Source: an uncultured Mycoplasmatota bacterium (GTDB lineage Bacteria > Bacillota_I > Bacilli_A > RF39 > UBA660). From it: a stretch of 64,000 nucleotides of DNA. Both the position numbers and the translations under genes were made by a program. A model generated the notes under the pieces. It was not told where the DNA came from. It saw only the letters and a list, made by a program, of their open reading frames with translations, and searched no databases. This document shows, piece by piece, positions 37,443-47,180 of this stretch. The stretch spans positions 26,302 to 90,301 of the forward strand of contig CAMUZS010000002.1 of NCBI GenBank assembly GCA_947165285.1. The letters are read 5' to 3'. Each line of letters starts with the position of its first letter. The stretch's first letter is position 1.

Positions 37443-39635
37443 TTATTTTAAAACTTTTTTATAATAATTATATTGCATAATAAGTTTTGACATATTGATA
37501 CGATTAGCAACTACTTTATTCATCTTACTTACATAATCTTCTGGTATATCTTTTCCATCTAATGCAATAAATTTTCCAGTCGCAGCATTATACCTACCCA
37601 AATCACTTATCCAACTACGATCTGTAAAAAACGCAAGTCCATTTTCAGTAGAAAATATATCTTTTCCAATAATTAATCTAGAATCATATTTTACGTTAAA
37701 CATATTTAGTACAGTTGGAAGTACATCAAGTTGTGTTGTAATTTTATCAATAACTTTATGTTCAGAATTATTATTCCATATAATTAATGAAGAATGATTA
37801 ACTTCAAATCTTTCATCTCTTTTATAATCAGATAATTCATTAATTGTATTAATATTCATAGAATATGGATAATGATCTGGTACAATAACTATTACCGTAT
37901 CATCTAATTTATTTTCTTCAGTTAATTTATTAATTATTTGTTCAACTGCCTTATCAAGTTCAATATTAGCTGCAACATAAGCTTTAGCTTCCTCTGACAT
38001 TTTTAAATCAGATACTTTATCTTTATTTCTTCTAGACATATTATTTCCAGAAAATGACCATGGCATATGACCAGATACACTTACATAATAAGTCATAAAT
38101 TTATCTTCTTTAATAAAATCATCTAATGTAACATTAACCATATCATAATCAGATTGTGGCCATAAATTACAATTCATTTTCTTTTCAAGACCATTTCCTC
38201 TTGCTAAAAATTTATCAAATCCCATACTCTTTAAATATTTATTACGATCTTGAAATCCTCCATAATTTGGATGATATGCATTAACTTCATAACCTAAATT
38301 ATTAAAAACATTACCAAGTCCATATGGAAAGTAATTTGTACCACCTCTAAAATATGTACTTAGCATTCCAAGATTAGCAAATAAACCAGTCAAATCTTGA
38401 AATTCACCACCTAATGTACTTAAATTTACTGGTGTATAAAAATTAGTAAATTCAAATCCTTCATGAGATAATTTATATAAAGTTGGTGTATATTTTTCAG
38501 ATATTGCAATATTATTTAAACTTTCACCCATTATAAATATTAAATTCTTTCCTTCATATATTCCTGTATATTCATTTTTATAAGTTGGATTTTGTTTGCT
38601 AAAGTATTCATGCATACTTTTAATAGTAGAATTACTTTCTCCTGCAATTAAACCATCAAAATCTATATCTTCCTTATTTGGTTCAAAAGTAATTTCCTCT
38701 TCGTTATTATTTTCTATAACTTCAGGTATTTCATCTAATACTACTTTTTCTTCAATTGGATTAATAATTCTTTTAATATCTAAGTATGTAGATACATTAA
38801 TTCCCATTTTTTCTACATTCATTGCATTACTATCAATATTATAAAATAACTCTTTAATTTCATTATTACTATTTATAGAAATAATAAACAATACAATGCT
38901 TACTGCTAAAAATAATAAGTTTAATGTAAATTGTTTTATATTATTTTTTTTATAATTAATTTTTTTATTAAATAAAATTATAACTATAAAAGGTATAATA
39001 AATAATAATAAGAATGAAAAGTTTTTTAATACTTCAGAAATAGTAGTATCCATAAATGCAACAGCTTGATCACTTATACCTAATAAATGAAATGAAAAGA
39101 AAGTATTAAATATTCTTTTAAAAACAAACAATCCAAAATAACAACCACTTAATAAGAAAACTATAATAAATGATACTATCTTATTAAATTTATCACTAAA
39201 CAATCTTGTTATTATATTTAATATAACAGACATAATTAAAGCAAATAATCCAAAGTATATTATTTTAGTTGGAAACATAGAATTAAAATCAAATATAGTA
39301 ATTTGATATATTAATTCTATAAATAATATACTTATAAAATATACTAATCCTAAATTAATTTTTCTTTTTTCTTTTTCTTCTTTAGTTGGTTTTATATTAT
39401 TTATTTCAACTTTTAAATCTTTATTTTCAATAATAGCTTCTTCATTTTTTACTTCAGTTAATATAGGTTCACTTTTAACTGTAGTTCTTTTTTTAACAGT
39501 TGTACTTTTTTTAACTGTACTAATCTTTTTCTTTGGTGTAACATTTTTCTTTTTAGGTGTTGTTTTAGTAGTATTTTTTTTGACAGTATTTTTCTTAGTA
39601 GTAGTACTTGTTTTTTTCTTAGGCATAAAAATCAC
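37443..39635 (-). CDS. LtaS-type sulfatase-family membrane protein (lipoteichoic acid synthase-like / phosphoglycerol transferase) with an about 100-aa Lys/Thr-rich N-terminal tail
   Basis: Five TM helices, then an extracellular alkaline-phosphatase-superfamily domain (FIMGESLNN..., VIVPDHYPYS). The N-terminus is MIFMPKKKTSTTTKKNTVKKNTTKTTPKKKNVTPKKK... Confidence 0.7.
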   Translation of the reverse strand: MIFMPKKKTSTTTKKNTVKKNTTKTTPKKKNVTPKKKISTVKKSTTVKKRTTVKSEPILTEVKNEEAIIENKDLKVEINNIKPTKEEKEKRKINLGLVYFISILFIELIYQITIFDFNSMFPTKIIYFGLFALIMSVILNIITRLFSDKFNKIVSFIIVFLLSGCYFGLFVFKRIFNTFFSFHLLGISDQAVAFMDTTISEVLKNFSFLLLFIIPFIVIILFNKKINYKKNNIKQFTLNLLFLAVSIVLFIISINSNNEIKELFYNIDSNAMNVEKMGINVSTYLDIKRIINPIEEKVVLDEIPEVIENNNEEEITFEPNKEDIDFDGLIAGESNSTIKSMHEYFSKQNPTYKNEYTGIYEGKNLIFIMGESLNNIAISEKYTPTLYKLSHEGFEFTNFYTPVNLSTLGGEFQDLTGLFANLGMLSTYFRGGTNYFPYGLGNVFNNLGYEVNAYHPNYGGFQDRNKYLKSMGFDKFLARGNGLEKKMNCNLWPQSDYDMVNVTLDDFIKEDKFMTYYVSVSGHMPWSFSGNNMSRRNKDKVSDLKMSEEAKAYVAANIELDKAVEQIINKLTEENKLDDTVIVIVPDHYPYSMNINTINELSDYKRDERFEVNHSSLIIWNNNSEHKVIDKITTQLDVLPTVLNMFNVKYDSRLIIGKDIFSTENGLAFFTDRSWISDLGRYNAATGKFIALDGKDIPEDYVSKMNKVVANRINMSKLIMQYNYYKKVLK

Positions 39636-41749
39636 TCCTTAATTAATGATAATTGCACTTTTTCTCGAGATTTATCTATATTATCTACATAACATTTTAT
39701 TATATCTCCAACATGAAGATAATCATTTATATCTTTAACAAAAGATTTAGAAACTTTAGATATATGAATTAATCCATCATCATGAAGACCAATATCAACA
39801 AATGCACCAAATGTTGTAACGTTTCTTACTACACCCTCAAGTTCCATACCAATATTTAAATCATCTATAGTTAAAATATCACTCTTTAAAATTGGAGCAG
39901 GAAGTTCATCTCTAGGATCTAAACCTGGAGACAATAATTCCTTAATTATATCTTCGATTGTATATATATTTGAATTATACTTTTTAGCTAATTCATTCTT
40001 ATCTAAATTTTTAATTTTTTCCTTAAATGAACTATCATTAATATTATTAACATTTAATCCTAAATCATTTAATATATTCATAGTTAATTCATAACTTTCT
40101 GGATGTATTCCTGTATTATCTAAAGGATTATTACTTTTAGGTATTCTTAAAAAGCCTATAGCTTGTTCATATACTTTATCTGATATACCTTTTACCTTTT
40201 TTATATCTTCTCTAGTAGAAAAAGGTTTATTTGATAATAATGCTTTAATTGAAGGTTTAGTTAAACCAGAAATATATTTTAATATTGATGGAGAAGCTGT
40301 ATTAACATTAACCCCTACTTCATTAACTACTTTAGAAACAGTAAAATCTAAATTTTCACTTAGTTCTTTTTGATTAACATCATGTTGATATTCACCAACA
40401 CCAATTGATTTAGGATCTATTTTAACAAGCTCAGATAATGGATCTTGTACTCTTCTTCCAATTGATATTGCACTTCTTTTTTCAACAGTTAAATCTGGAA
40501 ATTCTTCCTTAGCTAAATCAGATGCTGAATAAACACTTGCACCAGCTTCACTTGTTATTATATACTTACAATCCATCCCCTTTATAGTATTTGCAATAAA
40601 AGCTTCACTCTCACGAGATGCTGTACCATTACCAATAGATATTAAATTAATATGATATTTATTAATTAATTCTCTAACAACTTTTTCAGAGTTTTCAATA
40701 TCATTATGTGGTTCAGTTGGATAAATAACTTTAATATCTAATACATTACCATTTTCATCTAATACTGCCAATTTACAACCTGTTCTAAAAGCTGGATCAA
40801 ATCCAAGAACTACACTATTTTTAATAGGTCTAGTTAATAATAATCCTTCAAGATTATGTCCAAAAGTTTCAATTGCTTTTTTTGATGATCTATCAGTTAA
40901 TTCTGATCTAATTTCTCTTTCTATTGATGGTAGAATTAATCTCTTTAAAGCATCTTTTATAAAATCCTTAACATAATCACATACAAAAGAATCTTTATTT
41001 TTAATTATTTTACTTTCTAAGAATTCAATAATTTTATCTTTATCATAATCTAAATCAACTTTTAATATTTTCTTATCTTCACCACGATTAATTGCTAATA
41101 CATGAAAATGTTTTGACCATTTTATTGGTTCAGAAAACTCATAATACATAGAGTAAGTTTTATTTTCATCTAATTTTTCATCTTTTAGTTTTGAAATTAT
41201 GCTTCCATTATTAAAAATAAAGTTTCTAATATATTTTCTATAATATGCATTATCTGAAATCCATTCAGCAATAATATACCCAGCATTCTCAATGGCTTTA
41301 TCAACTTCCATATTATAATTACTTGCAAGAGTATTCATATCACCATTTATAGGAAAAGACATTATCTTTTTAGCTAAAGGTTCCAAACCTAATTTAATAG
41401 CTTCAGTAGCTTTAGTTTTTTTCTTTTCTTTAAATGGTCTATATATATCCTCAATTTCCGTTAACTTTGATGCATTCATAACTTGATTTTTAATATCGTC
41501 TGTTAACATTCCTTTTTCGTCTATTAATCTAATAACATCTTCTTTTCTTTTAAACAAATTTAATTGATAATTATATTCATCTGAAATAGTTCTAATTTGA
41601 TCTTCATTTAAGTTTCCAGTAGCTTCTTTTCTATATCTTGCAATAAAAGGTATAGTAGCTTCTTCACTTAATAACTGAAGTACAGCTTTTATTTGTTTAT
41701 CACTTAATTCTAATTCATCACAAAGCTTATTAATTATTGTTTCATTCAT
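39632..41749 (-). CDS. tex: Transcription accessory protein Tex (YqgF/RuvC-like, HhH and S1 domains)
   Basis: The N-terminus ...IPFIARYRKEATGNLNEDQIR is the Tex signature. A C-terminal S1 domain (GMELEGVVRNVTTFGAFVDIG). Confidence 0.9.
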   Translation of the reverse strand: MNETIINKLCDELELSDKQIKAVLQLLSEEATIPFIARYRKEATGNLNEDQIRTISDEYNYQLNLFKRKEDVIRLIDEKGMLTDDIKNQVMNASKLTEIEDIYRPFKEKKKTKATEAIKLGLEPLAKKIMSFPINGDMNTLASNYNMEVDKAIENAGYIIAEWISDNAYYRKYIRNFIFNNGSIISKLKDEKLDENKTYSMYYEFSEPIKWSKHFHVLAINRGEDKKILKVDLDYDKDKIIEFLESKIIKNKDSFVCDYVKDFIKDALKRLILPSIEREIRSELTDRSSKKAIETFGHNLEGLLLTRPIKNSVVLGFDPAFRTGCKLAVLDENGNVLDIKVIYPTEPHNDIENSEKVVRELINKYHINLISIGNGTASRESEAFIANTIKGMDCKYIITSEAGASVYSASDLAKEEFPDLTVEKRSAISIGRRVQDPLSELVKIDPKSIGVGEYQHDVNQKELSENLDFTVSKVVNEVGVNVNTASPSILKYISGLTKPSIKALLSNKPFSTREDIKKVKGISDKVYEQAIGFLRIPKSNNPLDNTGIHPESYELTMNILNDLGLNVNNINDSSFKEKIKNLDKNELAKKYNSNIYTIEDIIKELLSPGLDPRDELPAPILKSDILTIDDLNIGMELEGVVRNVTTFGAFVDIGLHDDGLIHISKVSKSFVKDINDYLHVGDIIKCYVDNIDKSREKVQLSLIKE

Positions 41750-41821
41750 TTATTACCACCATTTATATTATACAATATTTATATAATATTAAAAAGACAA
41801 TTATTAATTATTACAATTGAA

Positions 41822-41848
41822 AAATCTTTACTATTAAAGTAAAGATTT
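41822..41848 (-). terminator. Putative terminator hairpin 3' of the YihY-family gene
   Basis: Perfect 11-bp inverted repeat aaatctttact-atta-agtaaagattt. The flanking U-run is weak. Confidence 0.35.
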
Positions 41849-41862
41849 CTACATTGTAAACA

Positions 41863-42762
41863 TTAATTGTTTACATTTTTATTATTTACTTTCTTACTAG
41901 AAATATTCTTTCCTTTTTTTGGTAAATCATTATTAGATATTTCTTTTAACTCATCTTTTCTATAATTTAAAGCTAAACCAATAACAAATATATTAGCTAA
42001 CAAATAAACCCAAAGCATCAATACTATTATATTAGCAAGTCCTCCATAAAAAATAGAATAATGATTATAATGATTTATATAAAATGAATATATTCCAGTA
42101 GCTAATATCCAACCAAATGAAGTAAATAATGCTCCATAAGTTGTTTGTTCAGACGGAATATTTTTATCTGGTGCCATCGTAAATAATAATTTAATAAAGA
42201 AAAATATTATTAACCATGATAATGGACCATTTAATATATTAATAATATTTTTTAAAGCATTACTAACACCAGAATTAATATTAATATTACTTAAAAGTTC
42301 AATAATTTTTTGACCAAATAATGGTACTATTAAAATAAAAATAAATAGTAAAATCAAAAATATTGTCATAACCATTGATTTAATTCTACGTCTTAAAAAT
42401 CCTTGATCTTTAATACCATAGATAGTATTTGAAGTTACAATTATTGAAGAACATCCATTTGAGGCAAAGAAAAAACCTATTAATAAAATAACAATAAAAC
42501 CAAAAGAAATATTAACGTTATTTATTTCAGGGATTATTAATTTAGCCAATTCAGCTCCAAAAGCCCCTTCAATAAAATGTTCAAATACATCAAATGATAA
42601 ATTTAAATAACTAGCTGCGTAACTAACTAATGTCAAAGTAGGAACAATAGACAAAATAAAAAAGAAAGCAAGTTGTCCAGGTAAAACTAACATCTCAGGT
42701 TTTTTTATTACAGTTTTAAAATTATTAACAAATTTTTTTACTCTCTTTTTCATGAATATCAC
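41863..42762 (-). CDS. YihY/BrkB (virulence factor BrkB / former RNase BN) family membrane protein
   Basis: About 300 aa with six TM helices. The N-terminus ...LPGQLAFFFILSIVPTL is typical of the family. Confidence 0.65.
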   Translation of the reverse strand: MIFMKKRVKKFVNNFKTVIKKPEMLVLPGQLAFFFILSIVPTLTLVSYAASYLNLSFDVFEHFIEGAFGAELAKLIIPEINNVNISFGFIVILLIGFFFASNGCSSIIVTSNTIYGIKDQGFLRRRIKSMVMTIFLILLFIFILIVPLFGQKIIELLSNININSGVSNALKNIINILNGPLSWLIIFFFIKLLFTMAPDKNIPSEQTTYGALFTSFGWILATGIYSFYINHYNHYSIFYGGLANIIVLMLWVYLLANIFVIGLALNYRKDELKEISNNDLPKKGKNISSKKVNNKNVNN

Positions 42763-44772
42763 CTAAATTTCTTGCTTCTTTTCTTTCATATCATCTACAG
42801 CTTCATTAATTGCATCTTCAATTGTTTTAATATCATCTTCTATCATTGAATATGAAATGATAGCACTATAATCATATGGAAGTTTTTTAAACTCTCTAAC
42901 TAACTTTCTAATATAACTTTCTACACTTCTTCTTTCATATCCAACTAAATATATTAAGAATTCATTACCATCAGTTCTCATAATATCACTATTATCAAGT
43001 TGTGTTCTAATTAAAATATTAGATGCAGCCTTAATTTGTTTATCTCCTTCATCATAACCAAAAGTATCATTTATTTCTTGAATCTTATTTAAATCTATTA
43101 TAACTGTTGCTTGAGGATATATACTATTTTTATTCCAAACAGAAATATTTTCATTTAAATAATTTCTATTTTTTAATGATGTTAACTGGTCAATAAATTT
43201 AATCTTATCTTCTTTTCTAATCTTTTTAGAAATCTTAATTTTCTTAGTAGACTTATAAAAAATATAAATTAATAATATAATAGCTACTAAAATAATTAAA
43301 ATATATTTTGCCATTTGGCCAAAAAATGATCCTTTTTTAATTGTACTAGAATAATCTTCTAAACCAGATATTTTTAAATACTCTGGATTTTGTGAAGTTA
43401 TATAACCATTAAATAATTTTATAAATGAATCATCAGCATTTAATTTAAAATTATATGTTTTATCAATAGTATTACTATATCTTATAGTATAATTCTTTAA
43501 TTCATTATTATTCATATAATTATAAGTAGCTTCATCAAGCATTATTATAATATCTTTTTTAGATAATTTTTTTAATTCATCTATACTTTTATAAGTTTTA
43601 ACATTAATATTTGTAACACTAGATAATTGATTAAATAAAATACTATTTTCTAATACATAAACATCTTTATTTTTCAAACTATTTAATGAATTAACAACTA
43701 AATTATTATTATTTTTAGCTATAACAACATAAGAATTATAAATATTAGTATTTACAGTTTTAAAATCATTAATATCATTATAATAATTAAAGTAAATATC
43801 TACTTCACCTTTATTTAAAGCATTAACAAAATTATTATAGTTTTTATACCTAATGTATTTGAACTCTACACCAGATAAATCACTAAATCTCTTCAAATAT
43901 TGAGATACAATACCACCATAATTTCCACCTATTAATACTTCATAAGGACTATTATTAATTAAACCATATCTATATACTTTACTCTTAATATTAGCTAAAT
44001 CAATTTCAGTTAAATTCAAATTATACATTAAAGTATTTAATAAATTAGAATCTATATATCTATTTAAATTATCTTTTTTCCATGAATTAAAATATTTTTT
44101 TATGATGTTAGAAAATACATCATTATCTTTCATTTCATAAACATAATAATTTTTAATATCACCTAGATAATATACAATCTTATAATTATTTTTAACAATA
44201 GATCCAATATATAAACTTCTAGGGACAACCATATAATTTATATCACTAGATTCATTAAATGCCTTTTCTAAATCACTATAACTGTCATATAAAGTAAAAT
44301 TAACATTATTTAAATATGATTTAATATAATCACTATCATTTTTTAATATTCCTATTTTCTTATCAGATAAATCACTATTATTTCTAATTATTAAATCAGA
44401 TTTAGAAATCATAACATAATAATCTTCGTATAATACTACTGATTTTTCATCCAAAACATTAGTCATTTTAAATCCATCATTAACATTAATTTCATTCAAA
44501 TTATATGTAATTGGATTAATTTTTAATTGATATTCTTTAGAAAAATCTTGAATAAAATCAAAAAATACACCATATCCATTATTACCAAATATATCAACAT
44601 TATTTAATACATTAACATTTTGAACTGTTGATAAATTAGAATTAATCCACTTTTTTTCATCAACAGTTAATTTACTCTCATCATGAAGTAAATTAATTGT
44701 AACAATAGCTCCTACAGCTATAATTACTAATATAATAATTGTAATAATAGATCTTTTTAACCATTTTTTCAT
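42763..44772 (-). CDS. Membrane sensor with large extracytoplasmic domain and cytoplasmic degenerate GGDEF domain (D-G-N-E-F)
   Basis: Two TM helices flank an extracytoplasmic region of about 450 aa. The C-terminus IDLNKIQEINDTFGYDEGDKQIKAASNIL...RTDGNEFLIYLVG aligns with the GGDEF consensus, except that the GG(D/E)EF motif is DGNEF. Confidence 0.65.
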   Translation of the reverse strand: MKKWLKRSIITIIILVIIAVGAIVTINLLHDESKLTVDEKKWINSNLSTVQNVNVLNNVDIFGNNGYGVFFDFIQDFSKEYQLKINPITYNLNEINVNDGFKMTNVLDEKSVVLYEDYYVMISKSDLIIRNNSDLSDKKIGILKNDSDYIKSYLNNVNFTLYDSYSDLEKAFNESSDINYMVVPRSLYIGSIVKNNYKIVYYLGDIKNYYVYEMKDNDVFSNIIKKYFNSWKKDNLNRYIDSNLLNTLMYNLNLTEIDLANIKSKVYRYGLINNSPYEVLIGGNYGGIVSQYLKRFSDLSGVEFKYIRYKNYNNFVNALNKGEVDIYFNYYNDINDFKTVNTNIYNSYVVIAKNNNNLVVNSLNSLKNKDVYVLENSILFNQLSSVTNINVKTYKSIDELKKLSKKDIIIMLDEATYNYMNNNELKNYTIRYSNTIDKTYNFKLNADDSFIKLFNGYITSQNPEYLKISGLEDYSSTIKKGSFFGQMAKYILIILVAIILLIYIFYKSTKKIKISKKIRKEDKIKFIDQLTSLKNRNYLNENISVWNKNSIYPQATVIIDLNKIQEINDTFGYDEGDKQIKAASNILIRTQLDNSDIMRTDGNEFLIYLVGYERRSVESYIRKLVREFKKLPYDYSAIISYSMIEDDIKTIEDAINEAVDDMKEKKQEI

Positions 44773-44777
44773 ATTTT

Positions 44778-45302
44778 TTATTCCTTATCATTCTTTTCTT
44801 TTATTGGGTTATTATTATTCCAAACTAAATTAGAACCTTTTACATTTTTTGCACCCATAATTTTAAATCCTTCAGTATTTTCAGTTGCTTCTTGATATAA
44901 TGTAAATTCAAAATCATAAAAGCCTTTCTCTTGATCACTAAAATTTTCTAATGATTTAACTGCAATTGCCTGAGCATCAGTTAATTTTGCACTATCTTTA
45001 AACACAAGTTTTATATATATAATTTTACCAGTTATATTTAATTTAGCAGTTTGTACACTATCTTCGCTTTCTAAATTAGATACAATAGAATTAATTTTAT
45101 CATTATTTATTTGGACATTTTCAATGCCTTCCAATCTATTTCCATATTTAGAACCACCATTTCCAAAATAGAAATATTTAAATAATAAAATAACACTTAA
45201 AATTATACAAAAACCTGCAATAACAAGTAAAACAAATAAAGTTTTATTATTCTTTATAAAATTTTTCATAAAATCACTCTTTTCAGTAAAATAATTATAC
45301 AA
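44778..45302 (-). CDS. Hypothetical membrane-anchored protein
   Basis: An N-terminal TM helix and an extracytoplasmic domain of about 130 aa. Confidence 0.45.
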   Translation of the reverse strand: MYNYFTEKSDFMKNFIKNNKTLFVLLVIAGFCIILSVILLFKYFYFGNGGSKYGNRLEGIENVQINNDKINSIVSNLESEDSVQTAKLNITGKIIYIKLVFKDSAKLTDAQAIAVKSLENFSDQEKGFYDFEFTLYQEATENTEGFKIMGAKNVKGSNLVWNNNNPIKEKNDKE

Positions 45303-45355
45303 TAAATTTTAAATACTTGCAATTGAATTACTAAAAAAATAGGATTTCTCCTATT

Positions 45356-45586
45356 TTATTCAATTGTTATATTATTATTACCAATACTTTGATCAACAGT
45401 GTCATTAGTTTCATTACTATTAATTATATTCTCATCTAATTTGATAGTTTCTAAAACTTCATTCTTTTTACTCTTTTTACTTCTTTTACTATCAATTAGA
45501 TAACCTATTAAAGCAAATATAAGTACGATTACAACAACTACAAACCAAATATAATTGTTTGCTAAAAATACGCTTATATCATGCAT
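45356..45586 (-). CDS. Small membrane protein
   Basis: 76 aa with one TM helix (IWFVVVVIVLIFALIGYLI). Confidence 0.4.
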   Translation of the reverse strand: MHDISVFLANNYIWFVVVVIVLIFALIGYLIDSKRSKKSKKNEVLETIKLDENIINSNETNDTVDQSIGNNNITIE

Positions 45587-45601
45587 TATATTTCCTCCCT
45601 T

Positions 45602-46714
45602 TTATTCACTTACAGTTGAAGTATTTTCTTGTTCACCAACAATATTAATACTTTGTCCAGATGGTTGAATTTGAATGAATGTATTTCCATCACTTACATC
45701 AATAGTTTTACCATCTAAATAAGTATATTTTGTTTGTTCTTCTCTAGATGACTTAGACCACTTAATCTTAGTAGCATAACCATTAGTTATATAATATCCT
45801 TCACCACTACCAATATTATTGAAATCTTGTCTTCCTTTATCATCACCAGCAATAGATGAATTACTTACTTGATAAGTAATTATATTTTTAAAATGATATT
45901 GATTACCAGTTACATAATCTTTATGTTCTTTTCCATTTACAAATCTTAAATAATATTTATTTTCTTTATCATAAACATATTTATCAGTAACTGAATTAGA
46001 ATATCTAATACTTACTTCATCAGCTTTTTGTGAATTTTCATTATCACTTAAATTTACTTCATTAGTAGTATAATTTAATAATAATCCTTTATTTGTTTCA
46101 CTTCTATATTTTAATTTTTCACTTGCTTTATTTAACATTTCCATAGTTGTAAATCCAGTATGTTCCATAGAAATATTTAGATTTTCTCTATAAAAATATG
46201 TACCAGAATAAATCAATCCATTTATATTATTAATACCCATGGTTTTTATATCACTTTCAGCTTGTGGAGACCAACCCCAGTGAACATAATATGCATCATT
46301 TTCCATAGCGTAATCTAAAAAATAATGTCTTGAACTTCTTACAGAACCTATTTTAGCAGTATTTTGATCTTTAAATAATGCCATATATCTAGTCATTCCA
46401 CCCTCAACAATAAGTTCATATATAATATATGCATCTTGTAATCCAGAGTGATAAAGTCTTGCAGTTGGGTGGTTATTAATCATTACTGCATATGGTCTAC
46501 TTTTTGAATTAACATCCACTATTGAAATCTTAGGTTCTTCCTTTTTAACTTCTTCTTTAACCTCATTATTAGATTGAACATCTTCTTTTTTATTATTTAA
46601 ACATAATACTAACACAACTATAAGTGCTACAATTAACAATAACATAATACTTAGAATAATAACTTTTTTCTTAGTCCATTTAATATTCTTAAACTTTTTT
46701 AATAACTTCCCCAT
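45602..46714 (-). CDS. DUF3048 (YerB-like) family membrane-anchored protein
   Basis: An N-terminal TM helix, then ...RPYAVMINNHPTARLYHSGLQDAYIIYELIVEGGMTRYMALF...SVRSSRHYF, resembling the DUF3048 N-domain consensus. Confidence 0.45.
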   Translation of the reverse strand: MGKLLKKFKNIKWTKKKVIILSIMLLLIVALIVVLVLCLNNKKEDVQSNNEVKEEVKKEEPKISIVDVNSKSRPYAVMINNHPTARLYHSGLQDAYIIYELIVEGGMTRYMALFKDQNTAKIGSVRSSRHYFLDYAMENDAYYVHWGWSPQAESDIKTMGINNINGLIYSGTYFYRENLNISMEHTGFTTMEMLNKASEKLKYRSETNKGLLLNYTTNEVNLSDNENSQKADEVSIRYSNSVTDKYVYDKENKYYLRFVNGKEHKDYVTGNQYHFKNIITYQVSNSSIAGDDKGRQDFNNIGSGEGYYITNGYATKIKWSKSSREEQTKYTYLDGKTIDVSDGNTFIQIQPSGQSINIVGEQENTSTVSE

Positions 46715-46751
46715 ATATATTCCTCTACTTTCTAAAATATTATATCACATA

Positions 46752-47180
46752 TTATAAATTTCTTCTAGCTTCTCTTTCTAAATCTCTTTTTTTAATCGTT
46801 TCTCTTTTATCATATATTTTTTTACCCTTACATATTCCTAATTTAACTTTAGCAATATTTTTTTTGAAATATACTTCTAAAGGAACAATTGTAATACCAT
46901 CTTTTTCCTTTAACTCTCTAATTTTTTTTATTTCTTTTTTATGTAGTAATAATTTTCTAGTTCTTCTTTCATCATGATTAAATCTATTTCCCTTATCATA
47001 TTTTGATATATACATATTAATTAAAAATATTTCATTATCTTTAACAATTCCATAAGAATCCCTAATATCACATTTTCCTATTCTTATAGACTTTACTTCA
47101 GTACCTTTTAATTCAATTCCACATTCAAATGTATCCAAAATATAATATAAAAAATTAGCTTTCCTGTTCTTTATCTCCAT
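46752..47180 (-). CDS. smpB: SsrA-binding protein SmpB
   Basis: MEIKNRKANFLYYILDTFECGIELKGTEVKSIR...RTRKLLLHKKEI... The true start is probably at MEIKN, so the ORF-track start is an upstream in-frame extension that overlaps the end of rnr. Confidence 0.85.
   Translation of the reverse strand: MEIKNRKANFLYYILDTFECGIELKGTEVKSIRIGKCDIRDSYGIVKDNEIFLINMYISKYDKGNRFNHDERRTRKLLLHKKEIKKIRELKEKDGITIVPLEVYFKKNIAKVKLGICKGKKIYDKRETIKKRDLEREARRNL

Noticed and set aside
39430-39630. Repetitive DNA at the 5' end of the LtaS-like gene, as a possible tandem-repeat or contingency locus.
   Set aside because: The repetition is imperfect. It reflects codon reuse for a Lys/Thr-rich tract (AAA/AAG/ACT/ACA), not exact tandem units. 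It is kept only as a low-interest note within a finding.
41855-41875. Second inverted repeat (tgtaaaca-ttaa-ttgtttaca) downstream of the Tex start, as a possible additional terminator or operator.
   Set aside because: It lies inside the 3' coding end of the YihY-family gene, which ends ...NVNN, and has no flanking U-run. It is probably incidental.
45303-46751. tmRNA (ssrA) gene expected near smpB.
   Set aside because: The intergenic spaces downstream of smpB are too short (37 nt and 53 nt) for a tmRNA of about 350 nt. No tRNA-like 3' end (GGGGGTTCGAATCCC...CCA) was seen, so ssrA must be elsewhere.
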